Source of the DNA: the human T2T-CHM13v2.0 reference genome, Homo sapiens
Assembly: GCF_009914755.1 (NCBI RefSeq)
Contig: NC_060926.1
DNA: 64,000 bases
Strand: one strand, 5' to 3'
Made by a program: the position numbers and the translations under genes. Positions within the stretch are counted from its first letter, which is position 1. Each line of letters begins with the position of its first letter. Below the pieces are notes generated by a model, which was not told where the DNA came from, ran no database searches, and saw only the letters and a list, made by a program, of their open reading frames with translations. Below are positions 57,071 to 64,000 of this stretch, in pieces.

Positions 57071-58142
57071 GGATGCCTAGTATAGTTTCTGAATACTTAA
57101 TATTTGATGAATAAATACATAAACATCACAGTACAATTTTTATTTTACATCTACAACTTTAAATATTCAAGACACTCTAGTTATATTTTGCTAAACGTCT
57201 TCTCATAGAGAAGGCAGAAAATATAAATAACTTACAGGAAATGGAATAATTAAAACTATTTGACATAGAGAAGGTATAAAGAAAAATGTAATAAATTATA
57301 TGATGCAAAATGACCACATGAATATTCTAGGTAACACTAAATTAAAATATTCAATTTATACTTCAGAAAAGTAAAACAACTTTCTTTCTCTAAGTAACTT
57401 TGCTATCTTTAAAAATCAGCTTTAATCTGTATCACTGTTCAAACATGGGTCATAATTATTAGTGGATCATAATTAACATATCATAACTAACTTTCTATTA
57501 TGAATTGGAATTAAAAAACCTTACAAAGTACCAAAGTGTTTAATACATGGTAATAGCATTGTTCCATGAAGGATTTTTTTCTTTCATGAAGCCTTTGCTT
57601 TAGAAACATACAGATAGGGAGAGGTAGAAATGAGATATAGCTAGAGACAGACATACAGATGTGTGTGCACATGCTCATCTGGGGGTGTGTACCAGCTCAT
57701 GATGTAAAAAGTATTTCTTATAGGTATTGCAGTCAGAGAACTTTGGAAGTAAATTCTGCAGTCTATACTGACAATTTTAGACACAGAACTGTATACAGAA
57801 TTGAAACAACCTAGTAATTTCAAATTGATAACAATTATATTTTTCTCTCAGCATTTCTGGCCTTTAAACTTCCTTCACTTTATTTGAGCAAATATGCAAT
57901 TAACCCAAGGCCAAATGGTCATCATTTCAATAAATGACCATGAAAGGAAAACGCCTTGTATATATTTTTAAAATTGCTTTAATTGAGCAATGGTGAAAAA
58001 TATATAAATAACAGAATTTAAAGCTAGTGCTTCCTTGTATTTTTTTAATAAAAATCATACTGTAAATATAACATCACTCAGAATTTCGGGAGACTAGTTA
58101 AATAATACAACAATGGACTTTCACATTAAAAGTGCAAGTTTC

Positions 58143-58466
<324 letters not shown>

Positions 58467-58695
58467 CTACTGAAATATACTCACTAGAGGTAAAAGTCCT
58501 CATTGAGGATAGAGACCTCTATCTGTGTAAAATGAGTCAATCATTCCCTGTTAGAGAATGGTGAAACAAGCTTATAAAACTTACCAAAAGTGAGTTTTCT
58601 TTAGTAAAAACAGAGAAGCCTGAATTTTCTATAATGAGTCTGGCAACTAATTTTTAAGAACTTTGCACATTGGTCAGGGATGAAAGGAAAAGATA

Positions 58696-59000
<305 letters not shown>

Positions 59001-62000
59001 AGAAAGAACAAGACAGACCAGTATGTCATCATGTTTGCTTCTTCTGATTCTCTTGCATGAGTTTTGTGAAAGGAGAAAAGAAAGGTCTTCTTTTACATAC
59101 AAGTCTCTACTTCAGGTGGATTTAGAAGTGAGAGGAGAGTTGCATATGTTTGACAGCTGCTAAATTAGCCTTCTCTATAGGCAGAGCACAAACAAAGCCA
59201 TCATCTCCCCAAGTCTCTTTAGATGAGCCCTCTGACCTATCAATCCACGTTTTGTGGCTGAGTGCCTGAAAAAGGTGCCAATTAACAACAGATAGTCTTA
59301 TATGTGCAAGGGGAACTAAAGGGAACCTGCTATCTACAGGGCTACCCTCAAGCAATCTAATAACTTTGAGACACTGCTATCCTGGGAGATATTAATATTA
59401 TTATAATCTGTAAATCTATGAATTCAAGCTAGTGATCCTGAAATGAAAGACTGTTTATTTTATGAAGCAACCAGGGCCATCTCTTCCTACTTTATTAATT
59501 TAATGTTCTGAAATCAAAAGAGGGTATATTATTTACTTCAAAACTCAATAACGGGTTCATGCTTGATCTGCGGCATTTCATATTTACAGCTCATCTTTCA
59601 GTGGGTGGACTTCCTTTTTTCACAGGTTTCCTTGTCATTTTATAACCAGCTCACTGGACCATGGAGTCAAGATCCCTGGATTTACATTGTGTTCTATTAC
59701 TCTATGACTTGCTGGGTGCTTGTATCTCTATTGGATAGTGAGAAATAATGATGACTGAGACCAGACGTAGGCTGACAGAATTCTGAATACCTTAAAGGTC
59801 AAATTTTCTAGAAATATAAACTGTATGTATGATTAAATTGTGCCAACCTTTGGCTAACAATATGTATAACTCAAACAAAGGAGTTAAAAGAGAAGTTTCT
59901 ACTCCAAAAAACTGACTGGTAACACACTGAAGCTCAGACTCCCAAATATTTTGGTTGCCAGGATTTTCATGTTATTGCTACATATCACTTCCTAACTGTG
60001 CCACTTCAAAATATAATGTTTAGTAAGTCCTGAGTCATTTTTAACCTTAATAATTTGGGGCATGAATATACTATAAACACTGTGTCAACAGAGCATAAAA
60101 GCAAAAGCCATGCCATTTCACATGAATGTTTATATTTTAGCAGTTGACCTTACTGTCAGCTTTCCTGATACATCGTTCAATCTAATTTTCCAATCCATTG
60201 AAAACATTCTCCAGTTGCTGAGTGACTTCATAAATTGTATTTATGATCCTTGTCTTAAGTTTCTTCAAATGATGTGGCTTTGATGAGTAAACTGCAGACT
60301 TTTTTGCAAAGTCTCATAAAAACTAAAAGTAGTCAAATGAGGACAGGTCAACAAAATGAGTTCCCAAAGGATTTTTAAAATCCTGTTCTCTATCACGTAA
60401 GACCAGGATGCACAGCTTTCCCAAGCAAGGCCTTTGATGTAAGGTTGCAAATTGTGTAACTCTACAACTTTTTCAATGAACTGAAGGAGGAAGATACCAA
60501 ATTAGAGACTTACTGTTACAAAAGAATAGCACATTTTGCAAAACACATCTGTACTTGCAACTGAAAACATGTTTCCAAGAACCGGCTCAGAAGAACTAGC
60601 TGAGACACAAAATGAGCCTGAAACTTTCTTAATTATGGCATGATGTGCTAGAGGCAGAAAAAAACCCCATACAACATAAATAATGAGTATGGCAAATGTT
60701 TCATTTTCAAATGATACAGTCTTCTTATTGCTAATTCCTTGCATAAGGATGTTTCCTGAACTCTGCTACCAAGGTAAGGAGACAGTGGTATAGAGAAGAT
60801 ATGAGGATCGCACCTAATTTCCCTTTTTTGGCATTCTAATGCTCCCATTCACATGTGGCAGGGCATCCGTTCCACTGGATTTAGCCTAGTTTGGATCAAA
60901 GCTTCCTCTACTTCATTTAACAGATTTGCTCAGATGGAAGGTCTCAGAGGAGAAACAATGTTAGTAAAAGGGGGATTTCTGAACATACGAATATGTAGGT
61001 CATTGGATTTTCAAATAAATTAGAGAATAGTTTATTAAGGAAGATTCGCTGTACATATTTTATGAAATCATGCTTATTATAGGTCAGTGGGCATTCTACA
61101 ACCATCCCTCAGTAATATTAAGTCTTAAAATACTGTCATAAACCTTTCCATACTGGCATAAATCCCTGATTAATTTTTTAAAGTCCACAAAGTAACAAAG
61201 GGCAAAAGAATGCTTAAGGTTGGAATTCATAATCACACTGTCAAAAGGCAAAGATGTAAACAAATTAAATAGTCAAGCAACATATTTCATGTACATAGGC
61301 CTAGTAAGTCAAACTATGTCAGCACTAAAATAAATTCAGGATATAAGCAAGAACGAATATGGAAAAAAAAGGAAACCTGATACAGCTGCTTATTCCCACA
61401 GACACTATGTGCATCACTGCAGGAGCACAGGAGGAGTAGGGCCGAGAGGCAAAGCCACTCTCAAAGCCACAGAATCACATAATTCACCATTTGGACCCAG
61501 TAAGGACAGTTTTCATTTAAGTCAAGTTTGGTAAATCTCATAAGGCCTTACATCCAACGTCTGTTTCTGTCTCATTTTTATTCATTCTCTCTCTTTCCTC
61601 CACATTCAATATCCATAAGTCAGTCTGGACTATATCAATACTGACCCATTGAATTGCAGAGCTATAGGGGGCATAGGTTTTAAACAATAATACTGATAAT
61701 ATTTTCAAAAGAAAGGAGTAAAAAATTCTATACTAGTTCCATAACAACATATGGCTTTTGACTTGCAGAGAAAGTAGACATAAAACTATAGATAGGTTTT
61801 ACTCAAACTACTACCCTATGGCATGACCAATTAGGCTGGAAATGGCGTGGACCTATAATCTGGGATAAAACGCAGATCCTCAGATAGAGACTACCACACC
61901 AGTGATTTATTAAGATGGACTTCCAAGGGAAACTGCTGAGGGAGTGTGAGAAGCAGGACAGGGAAGAGAAGAAATGCAAGCAAAGTCCCAGCTTCAGCCT

Positions 62001-63169
62001 GGTCCTGCAGAGCGCTCTGGAGTGGAAGTTATGCTTCAGAGCTGTCGCTACTACAGGAGGCTGGGAGCTGCCCTGTTGTCATCCTCCTGTACCCATCAGA
62101 TGGTGGTAAGCATTTCCAACTCTGCCAGGATGAGCAGAGAAAATCAGTAGCCCAAACTGGAGAGATGTTAACGGAAAAGCCTAACAGCAGACGCAGGCTT
62201 TCAGAAGTAAAACCATGGGCCGGGGAGCGGGGAGGCGGGGGAGCATCAAAAACAGAGCTGGGATGTTATCTGCCTGAGGCTCCTCCAGTGTAAAATCATC
62301 CATCTCACTTTGTGGCCACAGGTTAAAGTGCTTAGAAATGTATCATGGGATTGCCTGAATATTAATGACCAGGTCAGAAAATGCCTTATCACTTTCACCT
62401 TACTGTTTTCACTGGGTCTCATTTGCCATAAAAGTCTTCAGAGACAGAAAGCAGGGCTAATCTCATCTTTCAAAAGACTAGCTAAAAAAAAAAAAAAAAG
62501 AGTGGTGATACTCAGAATGTATTTTACTTATTTTACATAAGGTCATAATGACCTAATGGCACAGACAGGACACAAGGCTCAGCCACACCCTGTGTCTAGA
62601 AACACGTTAGTCTCAGGCTCATGCTGGAGATCCCATATCCTGGCATTGCATGACCTCTAATGTGCTGTATCCCTACCCCAGAACAAGTGACTCAATTTTA
62701 TGTTCCTAGTTTAGACCATGTATGTTTCTGTTAGCAAACCAAAAGAGAAATGTAAGGATAAAAATAAATAAATAATAAAATATTGGCAAAAGGCTGTCTA
62801 TCTCTGACTCCAGCAGATGCCATGACCTTGTCATAAAGTGTGGATAGGGCATCATTTTATCAAACAAATACATTTTATATTCTTAAAAGACATATTTATT
62901 AAAATAAAAATAAACTAAAAAGAAGCTCTTGAAAATATGGCTCTATTCTCTTAACTGTGTTATTTTACATCATCAAATGATATGGTGACAATGAATCAGC
63001 CATAACAGGGTAATTAATAGTTTCTCTTTGGAGAACTGACATTTGAAATGTTATTTATTATGAATTTAAGTTTTTCATCTGGAAATCTTAAACATGAAAA
63101 ACTGGGCAGGGTTTTCTTTTCTAACAGTTCCAGGTTTATTTGTAAATGTTTACATATTATTTTATTTTA

Positions 63170-63333
63170 TACACACACACACACACACACATACACGATT
63201 TGTTCTTGGTATAACCATGAAGCACAAATCCAGGAACACAAAATATAAGGTGACAAAATGAACACACACGATTTGCTCTTGGTATAACCATGAAGCACAA
63301 ATCCAGGAACACAAAATATAAGGTGACAAAATG
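63170..63333. repeat. (AC)n tract followed by a 73-bp-period tandem duplication
   Basis: acacgatttg(t/c)tcttggtataaccatgaagcacaaatccaggaacacaaaatataaggtgacaaaatg at 63193-63260 and 63266-63333. Confidence 0.95.
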
Positions 63334-64000
63334 TATTAAAATGCTTTTTATTGAATTTGATAATATATGAATAATAGAGATCATGAACTATTTCTGGAAA
63401 ATATTCAATAGACTGAGGATATGCTACAATGTTTATTTTTGTTTATTATAGCTGGCAAGTCATTATATCATCCATAAACATCTGACTCCACTCAAAAAAG
63501 TCTAAACGTTTGGAAAATCTATGGTTGGTTTCATGGGGCATAATATACCATATTTTCCATTTAACAATGCTGCTGGTAAAACCAGCTGCCCAGTCCGGCT
63601 GTTAGTGACTACAGTACATACAGCAAAAAACAATCTGCCTGCTGACCTCCTGCTTAAGTTCAAACTATGTCATTCTGTCAGTACCATCTACCTTGATTAG
63701 GTTGGGCTTTATACACAACAGGTTATGATCCCAGAGGGATGAAAAGCTTTCCTAAATTAAAAGCAGAATTTTAAAAGGAAATACTCATACATTCCTACGC
63801 AGTTTCCATTTGATATCCTCAAGGCTGGCCCATGAACTCAAGCTCATGTTGATTGAAAGTGAATGTTTCTTTCTAGGTGTAGCCATCTTACAAATTTAAT
63901 GGCAGGAGGAAAATAATAAAATGTGTTTCATGCTTCAATTAGACCTTTTATAACTTGGCACTTGAAAGATGGCAACGCCAAAGAAAAATCATTAATCCAT

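Noticed and set aside
57100-57520. AT-rich, G-poor stretch as a SATB-binding base-unpairing region (autoregulation)
   Set aside because: Not distinguishable from the general AT-rich background without binding data.

Overview
This is primate (human or great-ape-like) genomic DNA from inside SATB2, which is transcribed on the minus strand. Three consecutive internal coding exons are present: 48971-48759, 44019-43864 and 29014-28817. All have GT-AG boundaries and are phase 0-0, and together they encode the C-terminal half of CUT1, the linker and all of CUT2. The upstream exons and the final homeodomain exon lie outside the window. The rest is AT-rich intron containing Alus, a solo MER11 LTR nested in an Alu, a Charlie1 fossil with nested insertions, old MIR/L2/L1/MER fragments, microsatellites and small tandem duplications. 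I see no evidence for a new multi-gene system. The best leads are four: a template-switch inverted insertion making an 87/90-bp hairpin, an exon architecture that lets skipping or back-splicing build intact chimeric CUT domains, an in-frame alternative acceptor inside CUT2, and several enhancer- or CTCF-like blocks. Repeat subfamily names and exon numbers are recalled from memory, not from a database search.
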